From: an uncultured Trueperaceae bacterium
GTDB lineage: Bacteria > Deinococcota > Deinococci > Deinococcales > Trueperaceae
DNA length: 64,000 nt
Direction: 5' to 3'
Assembly: GCA_963799485.1 (NCBI GenBank)
Contig: CAWCXJ010000006.1
Span: 256,001-320,000, forward strand
In this document: piece after piece, positions 18,638 to 27,836 of the stretch
Layout: each line of letters opens with the position of its first letter
Position numbering within the stretch: position 1 is the stretch's first letter
Program-made: the position numbers and the translations under genes
The notes under the pieces: generated by a model
Told to the model about the DNA's origin: nothing
What the model saw: the letters and a program-made list of their open reading frames with translations, nothing else
Databases searched by the model: none

Positions 18638-19045
18638 TATCGAGAGTGTGTGGCTTGAGGCAAAAGGCTCTCAAGCTTATGTCTCAACTTTGAAACGGTG
18701 GAGCCGTATCCGCTTGTACGAGTAGATAAACCGAATGTGGACGATCCCAAAGCGAAACTCAAAGCAGACAAGGCGGCGGGCGACATCATCTTGGACAGCC
18801 AAACGACACTTTCCGGGGTTCCGGCGGCGGCTTGGGGGTACAAACTGGGAAATAGAAGTGCGCTCGAGTGGGTTTTGGAGCGGTACAAAGAGCGCCCGCC
18901 GAAAGATAAAACGGTGGCGGAGCGGTTTCATACCTACCGGTTTACGGACCATAAAGAAGACGTGATTGTGCTTTTACGGCGGGTGTGTACGGTGAGCGTA
19001 GCGACTTCGGCGGTTGTGGCGGAGATGGCAGGCGCAGGCGAGTAA
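18638..19045 (+). pseudogene. C-terminal remnant of a type ISP restriction-modification enzyme
   Basis: In frame: YRECVA*GKRLSSLCLNFETVEPYPL...AWGYKLGNRSALEWVLERYKE..PKDKTVAERFHTYRF...LLRRVCTVSV; internal TGA at 18656 and no credible start. Confidence 0.8.
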
Positions 19046-19081
19046 ACTAGGCTGTGTAACGTTGCTGGACAAAGGAGCGCC

Positions 19082-19294
19082 GTGAAACAAGAATTTGACG
19101 TGCTGATAGAGCGGGATACGGAAGGGTTTTACGTGGCCTCGGTACCCGCGCTTAGAGGGTGCCATACGCAGGCAAAATCGCTTGATGAACTGATGGTGCG
19201 GGTGCAAGAAGCTATCGAGGTGTGTCTCGAGGTCGAAGAGGCTGAAAGTTCGGCCCGATTTGTCGGTATCCAGCGTGTTGCAGTTGATGTGTGA
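19082..19294 (+). CDS. hicB: HicB-family antitoxin
   Basis: FDVLIERDTEGFYVASVPALRGCHTQAKSLDEL; SD AAGGAG. Confidence 0.9.
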   Translation: MKQEFDVLIERDTEGFYVASVPALRGCHTQAKSLDELMVRVQEAIEVCLEVEEAESSARFVGIQRVAVDV

Positions 19295-19515
19295 CGAGGT
19301 TGCCTGCGCTTACCGGGCGTGAACTCGTTCGTGCGTTAGGCAAAGTCGGGTTTGAAGTTGTACGTGTTAAAGGCAGCCATCATGTCCTAAAACATGAAGA
19401 CGGGCGGACGACGGTGGTTCCTGTTCACCTCGGTGAAACACTCGGCCCCGGACTTTTGGCGAAAATTTTACGTGACTGCGAACTAGACCGTGAGACGTTT
19501 AGAAACCTTCTCTAA
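19291..19515 (+). CDS. hicA: HicA-family mRNA interferase toxin
   Basis: GFEVVRVKGSHHVLKHEDGRTTVVPVH; GTGA overlap with hicB. Confidence 0.92.
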   Translation: MTRLPALTGRELVRALGKVGFEVVRVKGSHHVLKHEDGRTTVVPVHLGETLGPGLLAKILRDCELDRETFRNLL

Positions 19516-19579
19516 CATTGCGGCACAGGACAACTTTGGAGCTTGTGGCAGAGATGGTGGGCTCGAGTAAACTGACCTT

Positions 19580-19906
19580 ATGCCGCCGAAGCTGGACAAA
19601 AAAGCCGTAACGGATTATCTGCGGGCGCATCAGCGCGAGCTGCGCGGCTTGGGTGTGGCGCGTTTAGGTTTGTTCGGGTCGTTTGTGCGGGATGAAGCGA
19701 CCCCCGAAAGTGACATAGATGTATTGGTCGAGTTCGAGGTGGGTAAAAAGAGTTTTACGGCGTTTATGGAGTTGGCGTTTTGGCTCGAGGACGCCCTGCA
19801 GCGGCCCGTAGAACTCGTGACGCCTGAATCACTGAGCCCTTATCTAGCTCCTCGTATCTTGTCTACGGTTGAGTATATTGTAGGGCGGGAGAGCCGTGCG
19901 GCGTGA
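19580..19906 (+). CDS. MNT nucleotidyltransferase antitoxin (MntA-like)
   Basis: [22 protein letters not shown]. Confidence 0.9.
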   Translation: MPPKLDKKAVTDYLRAHQRELRGLGVARLGLFGSFVRDEATPESDIDVLVEFEVGKKSFTAFMELAFWLEDALQRPVELVTPESLSPYLAPRILSTVEYIVGRESRAA

Positions 19907-20231
19907 GACCGAGTATCTAGGCCATATCTACGATGAGCTTATCTTCGTCCGACAAGCTACAAAAGAGCAGACTCTAACGACATTCTTAGAAGACGATGTG
20001 CTTGAACGAGCGGTTGTCCGAAGCTTAGAAATCATTGGTGAGGCGACGAAAAAGTTATCTGCTGAGTTCAGAGCTGAGCACCCACAGGTCAACTGGCGGG
20101 CGATGGCAGGGATGCGCGACCGACTGATTCACGATTACTTCGGAGTTGATTACATTATCGTCCGGGACGTTGTAGAAAACTACCTGCCCGAACTCAAAGA
20201 GACCATCGAGGGGTTTCTCGAGGATAACTAA
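19896..20231 (+). CDS. HepT-like DUF86 HEPN ribonuclease toxin
   Basis: [12 protein letters not shown]...[19 protein letters not shown]. Confidence 0.92.
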   Translation: MRRETEYLGHIYDELIFVRQATKEQTLTTFLEDDVLERAVVRSLEIIGEATKKLSAEFRAEHPQVNWRAMAGMRDRLIHDYFGVDYIIVRDVVENYLPELKETIEGFLEDN

Positions 20232-20243
20232 CGCTGATTACCC

Positions 20244-20624
20244 TCAGCTTTTCTCGACCGGCAACCCCTGCTCTTTCCACGCCGTAAAACCGCCGCCCAG
20301 GTGTGCGACGTTGCTGTAGCCCATCTCTTTTAAGGTTTTGGCTGCCAACGCCGAACGCCCGCCGGAAGCGCAGTGCAAAATCACGCGTTTGTCAGGTTCT
20401 AGCGCGGCGTTGTGGTACGGACTCGAGGGGTCGGCGCGAAACTCCAACATCCCCCGTGAAACGTGCACCGAACCGGGCACGCTGCCTTCCTTCTGTCGTT
20501 CTCCGTCGTCGCGAACATCTATAATGACCGCGCCGTTTTCGGCTTCTTCGGCAACTTGTTGCGGCGTTAGGTTTTCGACCTGGGTTTTGGCTTCTGCTAC
20601 CATGTCTTTGGCTGTTTTGCTCAC
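20244..20624 (-). CDS. Rhodanese-like domain protein
   Basis: IIDVRD, HCASGGRSALAA, LGGGFTAW; GTG start at 20624 after SD AGAGG. Confidence 0.88.
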   Translation of the reverse strand: MSKTAKDMVAEAKTQVENLTPQQVAEEAENGAVIIDVRDDGERQKEGSVPGSVHVSRGMLEFRADPSSPYHNAALEPDKRVILHCASGGRSALAAKTLKEMGYSNVAHLGGGFTAWKEQGLPVEKS

Positions 20625-20747
20625 AATTGACCTCTCTTTACTCGACAGCTTCAAGGCTGTGAGTATAACGCGAGCCGCGGACGCGAGTAAGTAATGAGAC
20701 CAAATAGCAGCTACCCTTTGCACTTTACGGTGAGCTACCATAGGGGT

Positions 20748-22136
20748 ATGGACAACACCGAATACCGCACCGAAAAAGACACGATGGGCGACGTCAGGGT
20801 TCCGGCGGACAAATACTGGGGCGCGCAGACGCAGCGCAGCCTGGAAAACTTCAAAATCGGCGGGCAGCTCATGCCTTTAGAGGTTATCCGGGCCTTCGCC
20901 GTCCTGAAAAAAGCTGCCGCCCTAACCAACGCTGAACTCGGCGTGTTGCCGCAAGACAAAGCCGACATCATCGCCCGCGTGTGCGACGAGATTACAGCAG
21001 GTCGGCACGACGAGCAGTTTCCGCTGGTGGTCTGGCAGACGGGTTCGGGTACGCAGTCGAACATGAACGTCAACGAGGTCGTGTCGAACCGCGCCACCGA
21101 GCTTTTAGGCGGCGAAATCGGCTCACAAACGCCGGTTCACCCGAACGACGACGTAAACAAGTCGCAGTCCAGCAACGACACCTTTCCCACCGCGATGCAC
21201 ATCGCGGCGTATCTGGCGATTGTCGAGGAAATGCTGCCCGGTGTCCGGGAATTGCAACGAACGTTTGCCGAAAAAGCCGCAGCGTTCCGTAACACTGTCA
21301 AAATCGGGCGTACGCACCTGATGGACGCAACGCCTTTAACTCTGGGTCAAGAGCTGTCGGGTTACGAGGCGCAGCTTAAAAAGAGTCTCGAGGCCGTCGA
21401 GAACACCCTGCCGCACCTTTCAGAACTCGCACTCGGCGGGACGGCGGTCGGTACCGGCCTAAACGCGCCGGAGGGTTTTGCCGAGCGCGTCGCTGAAATT
21501 ATTGCGGAGCTGACCGGAAAACCGTTCGTCACCGCAGAAAACAAGTTCGAGGCGCTGAGCGCGCACGACGCCGTGGTGGAGGCGTCAGGGGCGCTCAAAC
21601 GGCTTGCGGTGAGCCTGATGCATATCGCCAACAACGTGCGGCTGCTGGCGTCGGGGCCGCGCTGCGGTATCGGCGAGATTACCATTCCGGCGAACGAACC
21701 GGGCAGCTCGATTATGCCGGGCAAGGTCAATCCGACACAGGCCGAAGCCATGACGATGGTCTGCGCGCAGGTCATCGGGTGCGACGCGGCGGTCACGGTT
21801 GCCGGGACGCACGGGCACTTTCAGCTCAACGTCTTCAAGCCGGTGATGATCTATAATTTGCTCTTGTCGGCGCGGCTTTTAGGCGACGCGTGCCGCTCGT
21901 TTAACGACAACTGTGCAGTCGGTTTGGAGCCCAACGAAACCCGTATCAAAGAGCACCTGAGCAATTCGCTGATGCTGGTCACAGCCTTAAACACCCACAT
22001 CGGTTACTACAAGGCCGCGCAGATTGCCAAAACCGCGCACGCCGAAAACCTGACCCTAAAAGAAGCGGCGGTCAACTTGGGACACTTGTCCGAAGCGGAG
22101 TTCGACGAGATCGTCGTGCCGGAAAAGATGATTTAA
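20748..22136 (+). CDS. fumC: Class II fumarate hydratase
   Basis: [33 protein letters not shown]; start set at 20748. Confidence 0.96.
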   Translation: MDNTEYRTEKDTMGDVRVPADKYWGAQTQRSLENFKIGGQLMPLEVIRAFAVLKKAAALTNAELGVLPQDKADIIARVCDEITAGRHDEQFPLVVWQTGSGTQSNMNVNEVVSNRATELLGGEIGSQTPVHPNDDVNKSQSSNDTFPTAMHIAAYLAIVEEMLPGVRELQRTFAEKAAAFRNTVKIGRTHLMDATPLTLGQELSGYEAQLKKSLEAVENTLPHLSELALGGTAVGTGLNAPEGFAERVAEIIAELTGKPFVTAENKFEALSAHDAVVEASGALKRLAVSLMHIANNVRLLASGPRCGIGEITIPANEPGSSIMPGKVNPTQAEAMTMVCAQVIGCDAAVTVAGTHGHFQLNVFKPVMIYNLLLSARLLGDACRSFNDNCAVGLEPNETRIKEHLSNSLMLVTALNTHIGYYKAAQIAKTAHAENLTLKEAAVNLGHLSEAEFDEIVVPEKMI

Positions 22137-22137
22137 C

Positions 22138-22623
22138 GTGGCCCTACTGCTGCCGATGACCGAAGCAGAGTTTACGGCGTATCTGGACGGAGCCGTAAAA
22201 ACCTACGCCGACGAGAAGGTCAGGGCGGGGAACTGGCAGCCTGAAGAGGCGCTTGGAAGGTCGGAACGGGACTTTCGGACGTTGTTACCTGAAGGACTCG
22301 CTTCAAAAAACCACTACCTGTTTTCTATCAAGGACAGCAACACCGACCAAACCGTCGGGATGATCTGGTTCGGGGTGGTACAGCCTGGGCGTTCCGCCTT
22401 TGTTTACGACTTTTCGGTCGATAAGGCGTTTCAGGGAAAGGGTTACGGTAAGGGGGCGATGCTCGAGCTGGAAGAAAAAGTCCGGGCGCTAGGTATTACG
22501 TCCCTCTCGCTGCACGTCTTCGGTCACAACCGCGTCGCCCGCTCGCTCTATGAAAAGCTCGGTTACGAGGTCACGAACGTCAACATGACTAAACGGATAG
22601 GAGCACCGAATACCGAGCAATGA
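22138..22623 (+). CDS. GNAT N-acetyltransferase
   Basis: FQGKGYG acetyl-CoA motif, LHVFGHN..ARSLYEKLGY. Confidence 0.88.
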   Translation: MALLLPMTEAEFTAYLDGAVKTYADEKVRAGNWQPEEALGRSERDFRTLLPEGLASKNHYLFSIKDSNTDQTVGMIWFGVVQPGRSAFVYDFSVDKAFQGKGYGKGAMLELEEKVRALGITSLSLHVFGHNRVARSLYEKLGYEVTNVNMTKRIGAPNTEQ

Positions 22624-22655
22624 GAAAAAGCTGCTCGCTGCTCATGACTCATTGC
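22603..22655. repeat. Heptamer-repeat hairpin, same family as 12327-12410
   Basis: gcaccga ataccga gcaatga gaaaaag ctgc tcgctgc tcatgac tcattgc, between convergent genes. Confidence 0.75.
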
Positions 22656-22659
22656 TGTT

Positions 22660-23346
22660 CTATCTCTGATCGATTCGCTCGGCGTCTTGCGGGATGTCGC
22701 GGAGTTCGGCGGGGTCTAGGCCGGTATCGATCTGGTAGTCCTGAAACTGCAACTCGGCCAGGGGGTCGCCGCTACGCTGCACGAAGTTGAGCGTTTGCGG
22801 CAACCACTCGTTATCTAGCACGGTCGCTTCGACGTAGGCGATGTTGGCGTTTTCGTCCACGTTGTTAAACCGCATCCGGTAGACGGGGCCGTCCGGTGTG
22901 TCTTCGTAACCCTCGACCACCGCGTTCCAGTTGTCCGAGCTGAAAAATCGGCCCAGGTTCGGCGTCAGGTTGACGCTGCCCTGTACTTCGCCTTGGGGCA
23001 AGAGGCCGCCCAGAGCTTCGGGGTCGTCGGCGCTCAGGATGGTGACCTGATTGGTCACGAAGAGGTAGTTGTAAACGGTGTCGCCGTCGGCAATGATGAA
23101 ATTGTCGGCTAAGGCGTCGGGTTGGATAAAGTAGGCTCTGGCGAGTTCTTCAGCGGGGATAAACTGTGCTTCGACCTCAAGAGCGATCTCTTGTCCGTCG
23201 GTATCGAAAAGGGTACCGGTCAGGAGAAAGCTGGCGTCTTGAAGCGAGCTGCTTCTGGCCTCGAGGTTCGCTAGAATCTCGTCGGCGCTGAGGTTTTGGG
23301 CAAAGGCGAGCGGGGTGAGCAGGGCGAGTAGTAAAGGCCATTTCAT
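22660..23346 (-). CDS. LolA-like periplasmic carrier/sorting protein
   Basis: Signal peptide MKWPLLLALLTPLAFA; beta-rich LolA-like pattern; SD AAGGAG. Confidence 0.65.
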   Translation of the reverse strand: MKWPLLLALLTPLAFAQNLSADEILANLEARSSSLQDASFLLTGTLFDTDGQEIALEVEAQFIPAEELARAYFIQPDALADNFIIADGDTVYNYLFVTNQVTILSADDPEALGGLLPQGEVQGSVNLTPNLGRFFSSDNWNAVVEGYEDTPDGPVYRMRFNNVDENANIAYVEATVLDNEWLPQTLNFVQRSGDPLAELQFQDYQIDTGLDPAELRDIPQDAERIDQR

Positions 23347-23600
23347 AGGGTCTCCTTGTTGGGTGCGGCTCGAGCTTGGGCGAGCCCGCGCGGTATCAGC
23401 GTACCGCACACCGGCGGCTTGCTGCGCCGTAAACGTGTCTAAACGCCCGATGAGCTCACGCTAAAGGGGCGCTAAAGGGGCCCGTGAAGGTCTCTTTAAG
23501 CCCTGCACACGTGGGCTTTTGACGCTATGCTAGCCTCAGCTTGTAAAGGTTTGCCTAAAAGCTCGAGCAACGTCACCGCGAGCGCATGAGAGGAGAAAAG

Positions 23601-24926
23601 ATGAACCGCACTTCAGCCCTGCAGCTAGGTTTTTTGGTGGTCTTTTTGGCTTTGTTTTCGGGGGTACAGGCGCAGGAGGCCGTGCTGAGCCCCGAGTCCA
23701 TTGTCGTCAACCCGTCGCCGTCTTTTGAAACCGAGGTATTTTTGGATAAAGACCCGTCGGGTCGCGGCAGGCCGAACTACACCGTCGGTGAAGCGGTGAG
23801 GGTCGGGGTACGGGTTTCCGAGGACGCGTACGTGTACCTCTTCAACGTCCGCTCGGACGGCTCTATCGACCAGATTTTGCCGAACAACTACGACGCGAAC
23901 GGTCAGAACAACTTTCTCCGGGGGGGCGAGACGAAGTATTTTCCACCTGAAGGGGCAGATTACAATTTTACGGTAGACGCACCGCGCGGTCTCGATAAAG
24001 TCATCGCGCTCGCCAGCCAGACGACGCTCGATACCGGAACGCTGGCGAGTTTCGAAAACGACCCGAGTTTTGCCTCCTCCAACCTCGGAGAAGAGGCGTT
24101 CGCTGAAGGTTTATCGGTTATCGTCAGACCCCTGCCGCAAGACGAATGGGTCACCGACACGGTACTCTTTTACGTCACCGGCGGGGAACCCGCAGCGCCC
24201 TCCCCAACGTCCCCGCCAACCTCGCAGTCGCAGTACGGCACCGTATCGGTCACCTCCGACCCGAGCGGGGCTCGAGTTCTCATCGACGGTGTGTTCGTCG
24301 GGACGACGCCCCTGCGTTACGGAACCCTTACCGGGACGCACCGCGTCCGGGTCGAGGCCGAGGGCTATACCCCGTTTGAAACCGACATAAGCGTCGTCGG
24401 CGGTGAGACCAGGGGCGTGCAGACGACGCTGCAGGCAGCGCAGCCCACGCAAGGTCTCGGTCAGGCGGGCTTTGACAGCACGCCGAGCGGCGCAGACGTT
24501 TACGTCGATGGGCAACTCGTCGGGACGACGCCGCTGACCAACGTCCGGCTTTCTGAAGGGTCGCACCAGGCGCGGTTCGTGTTAGAAGGCGTGGGCGAAG
24601 ACATCATCGACTTTACGGTGCGAGCAGGCGGCTATCAGAATGTGAGCGGGGTGTTGCAGGCCCGGCAAGGGACACAACCGACGCAACCGGGCACAGAACG
24701 CGGGACGCTCGAGCTGACCGGCAACGTCGGCGGGGCCAACGTCTTTATCGACGGGACGCGCGCCGGAACCATTCCCAACGGCAGCGGACGGCTGACTTTC
24801 GACGACCTCTCACCCGGAACACACGAGATCACCGTAACTGCGCCGAGATACAGCACTTTTGTCGGTGAGTTCGAGATTCTGCCGGGGCAAGCGACCTCTC
24901 TAAGCGTGTCGCAGATAAGGCGCTGA
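23601..24926 (+). CDS. DUF4384 + PEGA-repeat envelope (S-layer-like) protein
   Basis: Signal peptide; DAYVYLFNV..DG...ILPN; repeated S.P.GA.V.iDG..vGTTPL; SD AGGAG before 23601. Confidence 0.85.
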   Translation: MNRTSALQLGFLVVFLALFSGVQAQEAVLSPESIVVNPSPSFETEVFLDKDPSGRGRPNYTVGEAVRVGVRVSEDAYVYLFNVRSDGSIDQILPNNYDANGQNNFLRGGETKYFPPEGADYNFTVDAPRGLDKVIALASQTTLDTGTLASFENDPSFASSNLGEEAFAEGLSVIVRPLPQDEWVTDTVLFYVTGGEPAAPSPTSPPTSQSQYGTVSVTSDPSGARVLIDGVFVGTTPLRYGTLTGTHRVRVEAEGYTPFETDISVVGGETRGVQTTLQAAQPTQGLGQAGFDSTPSGADVYVDGQLVGTTPLTNVRLSEGSHQARFVLEGVGEDIIDFTVRAGGYQNVSGVLQARQGTQPTQPGTERGTLELTGNVGGANVFIDGTRAGTIPNGSGRLTFDDLSPGTHEITVTAPRYSTFVGEFEILPGQATSLSVSQIRR

Positions 24927-24959
24927 GCGTAAGCGTGGGTCACGGGTAGACTAGGCGTT

Positions 24960-25718
24960 GTGTCCGTCTTTGTGGCTTCCGGGCTTGTATCCGGGTCTGT
25001 TACCGCCGTCGTTCTGGCAGGGGGCGGCGGCGATGAACTCTCCCGGGCGGCAGGTGTCCCGGCTAAAGCCCTGCTTCCCTTTGCCGGTCAACCGCTCGCT
25101 TCTTATGTGCTGGACGCGTTGCAAGGAAGTAGCGGCGTGGGGCGTGTGCTCTACGTCGGTGAGGCGACGCCCGCCATCTCAGCGCAGGTCGCAGGGGTTT
25201 TACCCGACGGAAAGACGTTCGTCGAAAGTTTTTCCGTCGGCGTCGCGGCGGCGCTTGCGCTAGCCCCAACACACCCGGTACTCATCACGACTGCCGACTT
25301 GCCCTGGCTGAGGGCGGCGGCGCTGGACGACTTTTTGGCGGCATCTTCAGGTGCGGCGCTCGCTTACCCGATTGTCCGGCGAGAAACGGCTCTGGCGCAG
25401 TTTCCGGCTCAGCGGCGCACCTTCGTCCGGCTTAAAGACGGGCGTTTTACGGGCGGCAACATGGTGGTCTTGTCGCCCGTGATGGTGCCCGTTTTGCTGC
25501 CCTTTATAGAGCGCGCGTATCAGGGCCGTAAAAATCCGCTGGCCTTGGCGCGGCTTTTCGGCTTCGACTTTATCGTCAAGCTGGCGCTCGGGCAGCTTGG
25601 TCTGCGCGCGATTGAGAGGCGGGCGGAGCGCATTTTGGGGTTGCCGGTGCGGGCCCTCGAGACCTCCCACGCCAGCATCGGCGCAGATGTAGATAAGCTT
25701 GAGCATTTGGGGGAGTAA
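24960..25718 (+). CDS. MobA-like NTP transferase domain protein
   Basis: AVVLAGG...PAKALL, TADLP, GADVDK. Confidence 0.8.
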   Translation: MSVFVASGLVSGSVTAVVLAGGGGDELSRAAGVPAKALLPFAGQPLASYVLDALQGSSGVGRVLYVGEATPAISAQVAGVLPDGKTFVESFSVGVAAALALAPTHPVLITTADLPWLRAAALDDFLAASSGAALAYPIVRRETALAQFPAQRRTFVRLKDGRFTGGNMVVLSPVMVPVLLPFIERAYQGRKNPLALARLFGFDFIVKLALGQLGLRAIERRAERILGLPVRALETSHASIGADVDKLEHLGE

Positions 25719-26257
25719 TGGCCTATTCGGTATCGCTGTGGTTCGACGAAGGTGCAGAAGCGCAAGTCCGGCATATCTGGCAGCGGTTGGCTGACGCGGG
25801 TGTCGAAACTTTTGTGGGCGGCCCCATTCGGCCTCACGTCACGTTGGCGCACGGGTTGGAGCTTGACCCTATAGGTCTCGAGCCTTTTGTGACGGCTTTA
25901 CAGGAACAGCTCGCGGCTCAACCCCCCTTCGACCTCACCTTTACGGGTCTCGGTCTTTTCGACCCCGGTATTTTCTACCTCACCACCCGGATGACCGAAA
26001 AACTCTGGACGCTGCACCGAAAAGTTGCCGCGTTAGCAGAAGAGCAGGGGGGAGGCTCGAGCCGCTACTACCGCCCAGACTTCTGGACGCCGCACTGCAC
26101 CCTCGCCGTAAACCTGACGCCGGCGCAGGTGCCAAACGCGGTAAACGTCTGTCGGAACGTGCCCTTTCCAATTCTGGCCCCCGTAACACGCGCCGGGATT
26201 GTTGAAAACCCGAGCGAAACCGAACTTTTGACCTTGCCCTTTTCGGTACGCCCGTAA
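25718..26257 (+). CDS. 2H phosphoesterase (2'-5' RNA ligase family)
   Basis: Two HxT motifs (PHVTL, PHCTL); TAATG overlap with the upstream gene. Confidence 0.85.
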   Translation: MAYSVSLWFDEGAEAQVRHIWQRLADAGVETFVGGPIRPHVTLAHGLELDPIGLEPFVTALQEQLAAQPPFDLTFTGLGLFDPGIFYLTTRMTEKLWTLHRKVAALAEEQGGGSSRYYRPDFWTPHCTLAVNLTPAQVPNAVNVCRNVPFPILAPVTRAGIVENPSETELLTLPFSVRP

Positions 26258-26305
26258 CCCTGATAGAACGTAGAACAAGCTGTACGTAGCAGCTAAACTG
26301 AGACG

Positions 26306-26896
26306 GTGCCCTACCTGAGCGTTTCCCGAACCCATGCGCGTGAAGAGGTGGTCAAGGGCTCACGTTTTATCGCCTACGTCACCCGGGTAAAAAGCGTTGA
26401 CGACGCACACGCAAAACTGGCTGAGGTAAGGGTGCGTCACGCCGAGGCGACCCACAACACCTGGGCGTACCGGGCCGGGGCCGAGCTGCGTTTTTCGGAC
26501 GACGGTGAACCGGGCGGCACTGCGGGCAGGCCGCTGCTGGAGGTGCTGCAAAAACGCGAACTCGACTATGTTCTGGCGGTCGTGACGCGTTACTACGGCG
26601 GCACCAAACTCGGTGCGGGTGGCCTCGTGCGGGCGTACAGCGGGAGTCTCTCCAAAGCGCTCGACGAAGCGGGCGTTTTGGAGGTTCGCAAAACCGTGAC
26701 GCGCACCGTGGCCGCGCCCTTTAGTGACTTGGACGCGGTTCACCGGTTGCTGGACGGGTGGGCGGGTCTGCACAAAGGGGAGGCTGAATACACCGCAGAA
26801 GGGTTGCAGCTGGCTGTCACCCTTTTTGCCGCCGACGAACGTGCGCTTGCCGAGGCGCTGCGTGAAGTGACGCGGGGTGCGGCGTCGTTGGGCTGA
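26306..26896 (+). CDS. YigZ/IMPACT family protein
   Basis: VKGSRFIA, ATHNTWAY, SDDGEPGGTAG, RYYGGTKLGAGGLVRAY. Confidence 0.92.
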   Translation: MPYLSVSRTHAREEVVKGSRFIAYVTRVKSVDDAHAKLAEVRVRHAEATHNTWAYRAGAELRFSDDGEPGGTAGRPLLEVLQKRELDYVLAVVTRYYGGTKLGAGGLVRAYSGSLSKALDEAGVLEVRKTVTRTVAAPFSDLDAVHRLLDGWAGLHKGEAEYTAEGLQLAVTLFAADERALAEALREVTRGAASLG

Positions 26897-27219
26897 CCCG
26901 TGCGACGTCAACTTGCAAGGTGACTCGAGCCTCGGCATTTACTCCCTTCAACTTTTAACTGCGCCGGGTTCGGGCGGATACAGGTCGAAAATGCGGGGTC
27001 TCTTTCGGCCTTGCTGAACTGCCCCCAAAGCTTGTCAGCTTTGGGATGCGTGAGATGTGAAGGGGTGACCCAAACTTACGCTTCGTCTTATCCTACCGCG
27101 CATTTGAACTTTGCTGTACGGACCTCGTACCTACGGCACCTTCGTTTTTACGCTTCGGTCTGGCAGGCTAGATCACATTGTCTTTTTCGGTACGGCTGAT
27201 CGCCGCTGCAGGAAAAAGT

Positions 27220-27667
<448 letters not shown>

Positions 27668-27792
27668 AACTAAAGATTCTAGCACGCTGGAGGGGATTGC
27701 CGTTCGCTGAAGCTGCGCTGCTTGGGCTCCGACTCACCGAAGCTGTGGAGCAGGCGCGGGAGAACGGCTGCAACTTTGGCTCCGGCGGGCAT

Positions 27793-27819
27793 AAAAAAAG
27801 CCCCCTGAGCGGGGCTTTT
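27793..27819 (-). terminator. Intrinsic terminator after the BMP gene
   Basis: AAAAGCCCC-6 nt-GGGGCTTTT hairpin with a 7-nt U tract on the minus strand. Confidence 0.85.
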
Positions 27820-27836
27820 AGAGACACCGGATAAAG

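Noticed and set aside
16105..20231. Integron cassette array, prophage or IS
   Set aside because: No integrase or transposase, and no recurring attC-like sites or flanking direct repeats were found by eye.
26897..27219. Structured ncRNA downstream of rnpB
   Set aside because: Only an isolated hairpin (CCCAAAGC..GCTTTGGG), with no recognisable family.
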